Notes under the pieces: generated by a model
Databases searched by the model: none
What the model was told of the DNA's origin: nothing
Seen by the model: the letters and a program-made list of their open reading frames with translations, nothing else
Part shown: positions 1-24,516 of the stretch, one piece after another
Layout of the letters: each line of letters begins with the position of its first letter
How positions within the stretch are numbered: position 1 is the first letter of the stretch
Origin: the human T2T-CHM13v2.0 reference genome, Homo sapiens
Reading direction: 5' to 3' (one strand)
NCBI RefSeq assembly: GCF_009914755.1
Contig: NC_060933.1
Length of the DNA stretch: 64,000 nt
Made by a program: the position numbers and the translations under genes

Positions 1-260
1 GAGCTGACCAACCAGCTATAGCAGCTGGCATGTCTGTGTGCGGTGGCAAGATCCCACGTTCACTTACACACCCCTCACCCTTCCACACCTGACTCACCCT
101 TGGCAGGCATGGCATCCAGGCCAGTAGCGTGAGCTGAGCACAGCCTGCCAGGCTGAGTGGGCAAAACGAGCCCAGCAGGCCCAAGCAAAACTCAAGCAAA
201 GGTGCCACAGGCCACAGAGGCTTCTGGCCAGAAAAACGACACCCCGAAGAGCCCATAACA
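1..260 (+). mobile_element. ERV1 solo LTR, MER52-like (3' part, cut by window edge)
   Basis: Ends ...ggccacagaggcttctggccagaaaaacgacaccccgaagagcccataaca, resembling the MER52 3' terminus with a terminal CA. Confidence 0.7.
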
Positions 261-475
261 ATTTCACATATCATGGAAATAGCATTTTGAAAATTATTAA
301 CATGATTTCTCTTTTGCCTTTCCAAATCTCAGAGGCATTCTTTAAAATGAGTGGAAGGAGATTTCGATTACAAAAGAATACCCAGCGAAAAAAATGAGGT
401 AACTTCTCCAGGTTCAGGACAAGAAAATGCAGCTGAATGTATTTATCATCTTCTTTTTTGGTGAGGGAGGGGTAG

Positions 476-1231
<756 letters not shown>

Positions 1232-1475
1232 AAGAGATAAGGTCTCACTCTGGTTGCCCAGGTCAGAGTGCAGTGGTGAAATCATACCTCACTGCAGCCT
1301 CGACCTCCTGGGCTCAAGCAATCCTCCCACTTTGGCCTGTCGAAGTGTAGGGATTACAGGTGTGAGGCACTTCGCCCAGCCTCTTTTTAAAATTTTTAAA
1401 TGCATTTTTTAATTGACAAATAGAAGTTGTGCCTATTTATCGTGTATAACATATTGCTTTGAAATATGTATACAT

Positions 1476-4090
<2,615 letters not shown>

Positions 4091-4729
4091 CTGGGGTTCC
4101 CCACAGCAAACTGGTGAATCGAAAGTTGATGGTCGGAGTGAGTGGACAGAAAATGGACCTGTAACTGCTGGGCAGGAAGATGGAACGGATACATAGAACA
4201 GGCCCTGTGTCTACAGCCAGTGGAGGCCAACGTGATGACAAGTCAGAGAGGGTGACCCCAGACTGGGACCAAACTGACAGACCGAGCACGGGTCGGGGAC
4301 ATCCAGGCAGCCTGCAAACAGTCAGGGCAGGGCCCCTCCCCAGAGGCCAAGAAGTGGAAGGTGCCTCCGCGGAGACCCAGCCCTTCTGCGTCACCACAGG
4401 ACCTGTGTGAGGCACACTCTACTCCCCTTCTCTCAAGATACCGCCTCGGACAGAGAGCAAGGGGGATGAAGGATAACTGAGAAAGGGAATATTTGTATCT
4501 ATGAGAAGACTGAGCAATAACTAAAGACACTGATGAGATTAAGGGAAGATGCTACAATCTTTAAACCAGATAGAACTAATAGTTAATTTTTTAACTCCCT
4601 TTCCACCCCTGTGCCATTGAACCAATGGGTGGAGGCTCATGACGAAGATCAGATTAAACTGAGTCAAAATAAAGAAGATGCATTAATTTGGTGGTATGTC
4701 CTCACTCCTGTTAAACATTTTACACGAAT

Positions 4730-4990
4730 TGTGTCAGATGCCCCCTCTTTTAGCTTCTGTGTGCTTTTGTTCTGAGGCTCAGGCCCTGCTGTGACTTGCT
4801 TTGGAAAACTGGGCTCCTGGAGCCTGCAGGCTGCAGACTCTGAAATTGTTCTGTTGCTTTGTTTCATCCCCTTCCCATCCTTTTCCCTCTATCTCCTGAC
4901 TGATTTCCTTAGGGAGCCCCTCCTCAATAAATGCCTTGCACACAAAAGCTCATCTCAAGGTCCATTTGTGGGTAACCCAGCTAAGATACC
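4730..4990 (+). mobile_element. Old ERVL LTR (LTR33/LTR16-like)
   Basis: 3' end ctcaataaatgccttgcacac...catctcaaggtcc...gggtaacccagctaagata resembles LTR33/LTR16 termini. Confidence 0.55.
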
Positions 4991-5499
4991 CATTTTCTCT
5001 GCATTCACAAGCTATACTATGACATAAACCTTTCAATCTTGCCATATCTGCTATGTGACTGAGCCCTGAAAGTTATTTGTGTGTGTGGCCCCTATTCTAG
5101 GCATTCTGCCCTGTTTGTGGGAAGCACTGAGCCAGCTCTGTGGTGGGAGCACCTTGGGGAGGGACATTTTGAGCAAGGTCAGAAGGACCAGTTAATGGGC
5201 AGGATCACAGAGGTGGGCCCCTACTTCCTTCCTCCTCGTTTTAGACTCCCCATCCCCAAACCCCAATTCCACTATTATATGTTGGACTTCAGTCTGGTCC
5301 AGGAGCTTAATAACAAGGTAATCTCTGCAGATAATCCCTGTGGTTTAGAAATAACTCTCACATACACTGTCTCACTTTATCTCATGTTTTAATCTCTGTG
5401 GTGAGGGCAATACTCATTCCCATTGACAGACTATGAAACAGATGCTTACAGAGTAGAAATGATCTGCTCAGTGTTGCACAGTTCAAAAGTAGGAGTCTG

Positions 5500-6666
<1,167 letters not shown>

Positions 6667-6906
6667 GTTTCTCAGTCCAGTATTTTTTCATCTTAAACTG
6701 ATGACAGTGATAAGAATGAGCTGATGGTGATTTAGGCTGGACCTCGGGTCCAGAGAGTTCCGTTTCCTGCTTCTAGTGCAAACCATTGTTGGTCCTTTCA
6801 GGCTCCATCTTGTTTTTATTTATTCATCAATTCCCTTTTATCCTCCATTCTCCTCTTGCATTCCCCTGATCTCCCATAAGAAGCTATGCTATTCTAATAT
6901 ATTTAA

Positions 6907-7528
<622 letters not shown>

Positions 7529-7659
7529 GCATCCTTTCTTTATATGTGTTCTTGTAAAATGCACATTGTTGTTGCGTGTGTTTTTTATTCACATAAATGA
7601 TGTAAGTCACAGAAATCATCTGATTCTTAATTTTATTTTCTTTTTCTTCGTCTTCTTCT

Positions 7660-7863
7660 TCTTTTTTTTTTTTTTGTGAGACAAGGTCTTGCTCTGTCAC
7701 CAGGGCTGGAGTGCAGTGGCACCATCCCAGCTCACTGAAGCAGGGCTCAAGTGATTCTTCCACCTCAGCCACTGAAGTAGCTGGGACTACAGGCACGTGC
7801 CAACAAGCCTGGATAATTTTTTTATTTTTAGTAGAGATGAGGCTTCACTATGTTGCCCAGGCT
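7660..7863 (-). mobile_element. Partial AluJ within L1M fragments
   Basis: Diverged Alu right arm plus part of the left arm. Confidence 0.8.
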
Positions 7864-8173
7864 GCTAAATTTTCATTTGGTATCATGTCTTTAAAATCCA
7901 TCCACGTTTTTAACCTACATGCTACATAGTACTCCAGGGAGTGTATATTCACCATATTTTTTCTATCCTGTCTGCCACTGATGGACACTCAGATTGCTTC
8001 TAACTTCCTGGCCATCACAAACAATGTTGTAAGAAACATCACAGGGTCTTTGACCTTTCTCTAATACACACTGTCAGACAGGGTAGATGAGTCCCTTGGG
8101 GAAAATGAAGGCACAAGCCAAAGTAACTGGACAGGGAGGCACACAACCACACTATGAAACAGGGGCAAGGCAA

Positions 8174-8670
8174 TGGATTAGTTTCCTGTGGCTGCTTAAT
8201 AAATTACCACAAATTTGGTGGCCTAAAACAGTATAAATTTATTCTTTCATAGTTCTGGAGGTCAGAAATCCAAATTCAATATCACTAGGCTGAAATCAAA
8301 GGGCCACACTCCCTCTAGAGATTCTAGGAGAGAATCTGTTCCTTGTCTCTTTCAGGCTGGTGACATTCCTTTGCTTGTGGCCACATCACTCCAGTCTGCA
8401 AGGCCAGCTTCTTCAAATCTCTTTTTGTTTCATCTTCATGTCACTTTCTAATGTGTGTGCATATGCATGTAAAATACCGCTCTGCCTCTCTCAAATCAGG
8501 ACACTGTGATGCCATTTAGGGCCTTCCTGAATAATCTAGGACAATCTCCTAAATTCAAGATCATCCACTTAATCACATCTGCAAAGACTATATTTGCAAC
8601 TAAGGTAATATTCACAGACACCAGGAATTAGGACCTGATATTTTTGGAGACCATTTTTCAGTCTACTACA
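8174..8670 (-). mobile_element. MaLR LTR (MLT1B/C-like)
   Basis: ttagtttcctgtggctgc..aaattaccacaaatttggtggc..tttattct..agttctggaggtcagaaatcc...cagtctactaca. Confidence 0.8.
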
Positions 8671-8696
8671 AGCAACGATCTAAAAACTTTTTCTGA

Positions 8697-9032
<336 letters not shown>

Positions 9033-9246
9033 CGGGACCAAAGGTTTAAAATAAGTATGATAAATGTATTTAATAGATACTAGAATTTCTTAGAAATGTG
9101 AAGCAAAATCAAGAAAGCATAAAAAACAACAAAGGAGAAATATTGGATAGAAAATACAATAGTTGGAAAAAGAATACAAAATAGGGAATAAATTACAGAA
9201 TGGGTGCAGCTGAGGAAAGATTGAGGAACTGTTTTAGAAGACATCA

Positions 9247-10414
<1,168 letters not shown>

Positions 10415-10609
10415 CTAGCATTTTACACCAGCCAAACTCTCAAAACTCGAGGGTGTGAAAAAATATCCCCAGGCTTACACGGCCACAAAAGGTTTTTCAC
10501 ACAAAGGCTAATACTGAAAGCTCTCTTAAAAAATTACTTAATTTTCCAAAAATATTTTTACATCATTTTAGATAATTTACAAAAAGCTACAAAAATCCTA
10601 TCTACCAGG

Positions 10610-12100
10610 ACACATGCGTAACGGCCTGTTTGCGCTCCCTGCGGTTACAGCCGACACACGCTCGCAGACGCACGCACGGACACCCCGCTTTCCACCAGCG
10701 CACGAAGACGGGACGCGCGCTCACAGCCCCAGGGCTCGGCCCTGCACCACGAGCTAACGCGCGGTCCCCAGGGAGGTGGCGCAGAAGGCATGGCGCCTCT
10801 GCCCACGGCGTCCCGGTCCTGGTAGTCCCTATAGAGACCTTCGTTGATGGCCCAGGTCTAAAAGGCTTTTTCCTCCGAGCCTGCGTTCCTCCAGCCTTCC
10901 CGCTGGGCCAGGGCTCACCATCCTTCCTCGCCGGCGAGCGTGGGCCTCCCTGGAGGCGGGGGTGGCCCTGCAGAGGCAGCCCCAGGTGCGCGCTGGAGAG
11001 GCCGGCCCGCCGCGCGGGAGACACTCTTTCCAAAGTGGAAGCGCTGCGTGGGCAGCAGCGCGGGCCGGGCCCTCGGATCCCAGTCTCTGTTGCTCCCGAG
11101 ACCCCCGCCCCGCGCCGCATCCTCCGAGCTCAGCGCCCTCGGGCTGCGCTGGGCGCAGTGGCTCCCGGTCAGGGCGCAGTCGGCCTGGGCGCTAGAGCCC
11201 CTCTCAGCTCCCGGCCTAGGGCGGGGAAGCGCCAGCTCCCGCAGCCCCTGTGAAAGGTCCCCTGTGCCTCCTGCCTAGGTGCGCGCTGTGGCATCTCTGG
11301 CCAGAAGCACCTTTGGCGGCCTGTTGGGCCCCTCGCAGCCTCTGGCTGAGACTCTGCCGCCGGCGCTAACGGGCTGCGCCCGCGCTCCCGCTCTGTCCCC
11401 GCCCGGGTACCGGGCTCCGCGTGCACACCACTCCTTGGCCTTTTCCACCAAAACTTCCTGATCTCCAGTTCGATGCTGTCGTCGCGGTTCCCGGAACTGC
11501 TGTCTTCAGACGGCGAGCCGGGGCTGGGAGCGGCCCTCACGGGGACGGACTCCCTCCGGAGGCGGAGGTGGTTCTCCTGACGCGAAAGGCAGGGGCGCGC
11601 CCCGGCTCCCAGCGCCCTGTTTTTGGAAAATACGATTTTGTAGGGTGTTCCTAAACTGCAGTCTTCTGTGTTTTGCATACACGTCTTAGATCAGCAAACA
11701 TTTGGCTCTTATCATCACAGCCAGGTTCAAAGAGACTCTGAGAGGATGCTTTTTGGTTGATTGCTGGTGAAGAAGTCTGGTTGTGGCCGCCGTGGGAGCT
11801 CGAGGACCGAAGGCCACAGCTGCCCGCTCCGCGGATCGCTTAGATGCCCGAAAGTGTCCGTGGGGAAGCTCCCAGGACAGCACTTTCTATACAAAGGGTC
11901 CCTCCCCACCACGCTGGTCCTTGGAGTCCAGAGCATATCTTCTGAAAACTGCAGCCACAGCCGTCTGTTGGAAAAACGTTTGGAAGCACAAAGGCCAGCT
12001 AGCACACTGACCGCTCCCTGTTGCAGGTGAAATCCGCGGATGTCCGCGGTGGCTGCTCTGCAGCGCAGCCCCAGGCCTGGGTGGATTCATGTCCAATCTT
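10610..12100. promoter_or_regulatory. CpG island, main part (putative promoter or orphan CGI)
   Basis: Abrupt switch to GC-rich, CpG-dense non-repeat sequence (gcgcgc, ccgcgcg, GC-box-like gaggcgggggt and ccccgcccc). No recognisable coding ORF. Confidence 0.85.
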
Positions 12101-12140
12101 GTTCAATCACTAGATGACTCTAACATCTAAATAAAGTTCT

Positions 12141-12439
<299 letters not shown>

Positions 12440-12529
12440 AATACACTTCTTTTTATATGGAGTTACTGTTCTTCATTTTAAGTCATGGTTCTAAAGGGTA
12501 ATACAACGTGTCCATTTTAAATTTCCTTT

Positions 12530-12920
12530 TCTTGATTCGCGCACACCAATAGGCGCTGCTTAGAGCTTTGGTCCCCAAACACCTTGGGCACAGATGATGT
12601 GCAAAGCCCGGTGCTGGGGACAAGCCTTCCCCACACCTGCCCTCCAGAAACTGGGGCCCAGTCAGAGGTGTGCCCGAACAACAAGGCCAGCCCTTTGGAC
12701 GGTTTCTGCAGGCCGCCTCCCGGGGCCGAACGCGCAGGACCCGCTCCTGCACGCGGCGTGGCTCAAGGCGGTGGCCTCAGGTCCTCGGTGTTGACGCCCT
12801 GCGATGCCTCCCTGGTAGTACCCTGTGCCTTCTGCTCTGAGGCCGCTGCGGTGCCCGTGGCTACTGTAGAGACGGAAGCAGTGTTAGGTACTGACGGGTC
12901 ATGACGTTTACACGGTAATT
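12530..12920. promoter_or_regulatory. Second CpG-rich block with promoter-like motifs
   Basis: CpG-rich; CCAAT near 12547, ETS-like acggaag near 12871, CRE-half-site tgacg near 12891 and 12902. Confidence 0.55.
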
Positions 12921-13274
12921 GTCCAGCAAACTTTCATCAGTCCCCCAAGATCCACAACTCAACCTCATGGCTTAGCTGCGATGCAGGGTTTACTCTGCAG
13001 CTGAATCTTGTTGGTATTCTAACATGCAAGTGAGTTGTCTACACATTGTGCACCCCTGGGTTTTGGTGGGAATTCACTTCTATACCAAGTTGCGGGCATG
13101 TGCCACCTTCCATCCACAGTCAACATCTGCTGGATCAGAAGCTGTGATGAGGATCACTGTTCCTGCCCACGCCCCTCTTTTGTGTTTGATATCTTCATTG
13201 TGGCATATTTGTGACTTAAGTGCTTCCAGGAAAAAAAATTCCATGTAATCCATACTTTAACTTCTATTTAAAAA

Positions 13275-14354
<1,080 letters not shown>

Positions 14355-15061
14355 AATGATCAAATACTTTGATACAGGTTTTTGTTGCTTCAAGAAAAAT
14401 ATAGGACCAAAGAAAACACAACTAAATATCTGAATGATATTGACATAATGAGGACTGGGAATGTGGGAAGTAAGTTCAGCTTAGAAGACCAGTCTCTTTA
14501 GGGGAAGAAGCAGGTGTTATACACCTAAGAAATCATGAGGGGTGAATGAGTATAAGGACAACCATTGCATGAACAAAAATACCATCTAATTTCAACCAGC
14601 CAAGGAAATCTCAAAGTGTCCAATGGAAAGCAGGAAAAGAAAATGGTAATGGTTTCAAGGATATATAATAGAAAATCTCAGTGTACTGATTTCATTTTTA
14701 TTTCTCTTTTATATTTCTAAAATAAGCCATATTACTTTTTAAGTTTTAAAGATTTCAAAGTAGTCGCATGCACATTGTTTAAAACAACAAATAATATAAG
14801 AATTACTATAAAAATAGCAGTCTTCTGCTCTACAGAGACAACAATATTCAACTCTTAGCTGGTCTGGTATTTACTATCATATCTGTAAATGCTATATTTA
14901 TACTGTTGTTTCTCAATTTTTCCATTAAAGATATTATCTATTGACTTAAACATATCGATATACAAATATGCAAGCTCATTTTCTGTTGCTGTCTGTCTTA
15001 CACACGCAGACCCACATACTCACTTCTTCCACACAAAACTACACATTTCCTCCCAATATAA

Positions 15062-16060
<999 letters not shown>

Positions 16061-16129
16061 AAACACACACCCAAAACCAAAACAAAACAGAAAGACAGAA
16101 AATGGAAAAAACAAACCACAAAACCCTCT

Positions 16130-16350
16130 CAGCACTCCCAATCCCCTTTCCCTGCTTTTTTTTTCTTTTTGAACAAAGCACTATCTCTTAACATATTATG
16201 TAATTTACTTATTATGTTTATTGTTTATTTTCTGACTTCTGCAGTTAATATGTAAAGTCCTTGAGGGCAGGGATCTTCTGTTGGTTTGTTCACTCATATA
16301 TTGTGAATAATATCTAGCACATAGTAGGCATTCAATGAATGAATGAATGA
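16130..16350 (+). mobile_element. L2 3' end
   Basis: atgtaaagtccttgagggcagggatc...tctagcacatagtaggcattcaat followed by a (GAAT)n tail. Confidence 0.8.
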
Positions 16351-16469
16351 ACCTCTACTTATCTTATAATTTATTGTCCAATTTTCTGCCTCATTGACAT
16401 TTTCCTTTTAATTACTGAGATATTTCATCATCTTTATTTTCTGAACTTTGTGTTGAATTTTGTTTGCTT

Positions 16470-16758
16470 GTTTGAGACAGGGACTCACTTTGTTGCCCAG
16501 GCTGGAATGCAGTTGGTGATCACAGCTCCCTGAAGCCTCATCTTCCCAGGCTCAAACATCCTCCCACCTCAGCCTCCCAAGTAGCTGGGACTACAGACAT
16601 GCACCACCATGCCTGGCTAAATTTTTAAAAATTATTTTTTGCAGAGACAGGGTCACATTATGTTGCTCAGGCTGGTCTTGGATTTACTCCTGGGCTCAGT
16701 CCTCCCACCTTGGCCTCCCAAAGTGCAGGGATTATAGGCATGAACACCTCGCCTGGCC
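16470..16758 (-). mobile_element. AluJ
   Basis: Diverged full dimer. Confidence 0.85.
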
Positions 16759-18401
16759 CTTGTGTTAAAATTTTAATTTCTGCAATCGTATTTTATTTCC
16801 AAAAGCTCTTCTTTGGCTTTCTAAATGTTCATGTTTATAATCTGGTTTTTCTTCATGGATATGATACCTTAATTTTGAAGTTTTCTTCTTCCTTGAATTA
16901 TCTGTTTCCTCTGAGTTTCTTTTTTCTGTTTCCCTTTTTGTTTTCCATGCTAAAAAGCTTCCCTCAAATTTCTGATGATTTTGTTTATTCATATTTAAGT
17001 TCCAAGCACTAAAAGCTCATTGGAAATTCTGCCTACCTGGGTGGAACCTGTCAATGAGTAGGTCTCGCTGGGTGGTGCTAGATGTCCCTGGCCTTTTCGC
17101 AGGAGAACTCCAAATACCAGTATCTACAGAATCGGGGAGGAGGGGGCTGGTTACTTTGCCAGTAATGATGCATTGTCTTAGCTCCTGCCTGGGAGTATAT
17201 GCCTGGCTGCCAGTGTAACGGGATCTGAGCAGATACATGGCATGGTGGGAGTGGGAGAGAATTGTGGCTGGAAATCTGAAGTTCAGTGTGTAGGTTTCCA
17301 CTTGAGTTTTTAGTACAGAATGTTATCTTGCCCTAAATCAGAGCGAGTAGCTCAAAGATTAGAGTCCATAATAGTTCAACCCTGGCTTTCACTTGTGGAG
17401 GGGCAGGGTAATTCCTGGTTGTTTGGGGGGCCAGGGGAGGAGTGCAGCATGGTGGTTTGACTGTTTCTTACAAGCACCATCAACTTTCCTCTTGCTTTTA
17501 CTTCCACCCTGCACCTATGCTTCTGAAGTGCTTACCCAGTACCTCTCACTTCTGAGCTGTCCCAGAGTTGAGTAGTTTAAATCTGTTCCTTTCTTCTGAT
17601 CTTCCCGTCAGTGTAAAGTTTTGGTTTCTGGCCATCCACTGATTTTCCTGTCAACTTCCAAAGTTTGCTGAGATCTCCTCTCTGCTGTTGCTTTCTCTGC
17701 TTTCTTTTTTTCTTCTGGGTTTCTCCATGTTTAATTTATTTTACTCTACTGGGGTTTCAGGAAAGAACAAAAATTAAAATATATTAATCAGCATATTTAA
17801 TTGGAAGTGATTTGTGTCATGCCTCATATAATTATTTATGTAAAAATAAAAGATTTTTACTTTTTACTTCATGTCTTTGAGGGTCATTTCTTAGATTTTT
17901 CCATACTCTTTTAAAACTAATGAAAATTTAGAGCTTGAGCTACTTCTAGAAAATAGATACAGCTTTGGAAACTTTGGACAAATATAAATAATCATGATTT
18001 TGATCCATGTGAATTTCAGTTTGGTGAAAGCAAAAATCATTCCTGGAACAAAGTTAAGGCAGAGCAATTAGTTATAGTAATTACTTTTTAAAAACTACTT
18101 GTTATGTGATGATGAATTACTGATTTAATTAAGATTAATACAGGTATTTAAGTATTATGTAATTTTTAGTGTATAGTTATGTATAATGACCCAGGGATTA
18201 TGGAATTGAGTTTATATGAGGACACTGATTATCAGACGAAACCAAGTTTTACTCCATATATACTTATTTGTGCAATACTATCTGAAAGTATCTATTATTT
18301 AAAGACATTTAAACATTTTTAAATGGTGGGTAGGAGCATTGTTGACTCTCTGTACTGTTAATCATCTAATCCACTGTTACACTGTTTCTCAATATTTTTA
18401 A

Positions 18402-19881
<1,480 letters not shown>

Positions 19882-20179
19882 CAGGAATTTTCAAATGATG
19901 CATATTACTATACACAGTGACTTTCAGGGGGTTCCGTTACCTTCCAAACTTGACTACGTTATTGTGATAGTTGAACTGATGGTATAATGTGGATTTAAAA
20001 ATTGTAACAGACTGGTTACGCATCTTTACCATGGGAGGCAGTCCTAATTTACCTTAATAAAATTAAGTGTACTGCATTTTAACATCTCTTCTGCAACCAC
20101 AACACAAGGGTTATTTCATAGTTGTAGTAACATATATTTAACTACATTAAATTAATAGATGAAAAGTTATTTTAAAAAT

Positions 20180-21850
<1,671 letters not shown>

Positions 21851-21930
21851 CAAAATCTTTCCCCTGATTATCTCAAAAAGTGTTTCTTTTACCAGGTAGA
21901 TCTTGTTGAAATCAAGATCTAACAAAGCCA

Positions 21931-22266
<336 letters not shown>

Positions 22267-22619
22267 CTAAAGCCTCTTTGAAAATCCATCCCAGGTTCCC
22301 CTTTTCTTCCTCATGCCACTTATTTGTTGAAGAAACCCCTTAATTACTATAGCAGGTTATTTTTTACTTGTGTTGGAGTGGTAGGAGGCATAACGGTGAA
22401 TTTCTTTTATTTTAAAGTTTCTTAGCCCCTTTAACATTCCACCTTTCGCCTGGAAGAAATGAGCCTGGGCCCCTGTTAAGGGAAAGTCCCAGCTTTCAAA
22501 GACTTAGATTCTCATTAGCCAGCTTCTCTCAGCATCCCTGCAAGTTGTCCCCTCGACCTCCCTCGTCGCTGACCTCTGCCTGTTCTCCATTACCCTTCGG
22601 CCCAGCCTGCGCTCCCCAG

Positions 22620-23340
22620 GGTGGCACATGGAATTGCAACTCCAGATGTGGCCTGGCCAGGGAAGCGTCTGTGGGGATGATGATTTCTCTTGATCTGGAT
22701 GCCATCCTTTTGTTAATACAAACTAAGATCTCATTAGCTAGTTCATTCTCTGGCTCACAGACTCCTGACTCATTCTGCCTTGAAATCAACTAAAGCACCT
22801 GAGGTATGTGTGTCTGTCTTCCCATATAAACTTCTGACGCCAGGTTGTATACTTTATAGTGGACTTTTTGAACCTAAATGCAGGTTTCTATTTTTATTTA
22901 CATTCAATTTCATTTTGTTGATTTCCATTCATCTGCACAGTCGTTACAGATTTTTTAAAAAATTTTCTAGAGATGGGGGTCTCATATTATTGTCCAGGCT
23001 GGTCTCAAACTCCTGGTGTCAATAAATCCTCTCATCTCAGCCTCCCAAAGTGCTGGGATTACAGGAATGAACCACCTCACCCAGCCTAGAGATCTTTTTG
23101 AATCCTGAGTTCTACACACCTTACAAATCTGAGAAGCATGTTTCTCTGTTGCAAAGTCACATAGAAAGCCCTAGAGCTCTCCTGGACATGTAACACTGAT
23201 CTATTGTCTCTGTGACCTCTTGGTTTAATCAACTATAAATCCACAGAACTGTACTATTACTCAGGCCTCAGTTTTCCATGAGCTCTACAAGAATATCATA
23301 AACGACTGAAAAAGCACCTATCTGAAACCAGGACACTGTT
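22620..23340 (-). mobile_element. CR1/L3 LINE fossil (RT C-terminal region) with an Alu monomer inserted (~22955-23087)
   Basis: ORF 22529-22789(-) reads ANEILVCINKRMASRSREIIIPTDASLARPHLE, matching the CR1 motif [33 protein letters not shown]. Confidence 0.75.
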
Positions 23341-23437
23341 CATTTATTTCCAGGCTTATTTCATTTTCCCTTACCATTTCTTGCATGAAGCTCACTAAAT
23401 GATATAGGATGTCCTTGACCTCAAGAATGAAACACAG

Positions 23438-23757
<320 letters not shown>

Positions 23758-24027
23758 CTAGATTGTTTTGCAGAAAAATTTGATAACCACATTACTCTGC
23801 TCACAAATACGTAATTTCTAATCTTTGAAATTTTTTTTTAAGTCTCCTGAGTTTTGTTTTAATAGACTTTCTTTTTTTTATTGGTATTTCCCTTCCTTCA
23901 CCTTGTCTATCTTTGAATTTTGTCTTATCCATTTGACATTTTGAACAAAATATTCATTGACTTCAACATGTTTCTCCTCAGGAAAATATTTTCTAATATT
24001 TTAAAATTCCTTAAGGGTATCTTTCTA

Positions 24028-24319
<292 letters not shown>

Positions 24320-24414
24320 CTATTTATCTAGGTTCTCTTAAATGAGTCTGATGATAAATGCCATATGTATGTAGCATACGTTGTTAACTGTTTATTCATT
24401 TTTGCATCCTCTAG

Positions 24415-24516
24415 AAGGAAATGGCTTGCTTACGTCTATATAGCACCCTATGGAAGGACGGAAAGCAAACAGTAATTGACAAATCCAGCCATGAATGCAA
24501 TAAATTCAACTCCAAG
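24415..24516 (+). other. Candidate 102-nt exon (lncRNA or smORF)
   Basis: ttaac branch-like motif plus pyrimidine tract tttattcatttttgcatcctctAG, and donor AAG|GTAAGC; open in frame 0. Confidence 0.3.

Noticed and set aside
11864-11884. RE1/REST-like motif ggaagctcccaggacagcact
   Set aside because: The right half-site is good but the left half has three mismatches; too weak without ChIP data.
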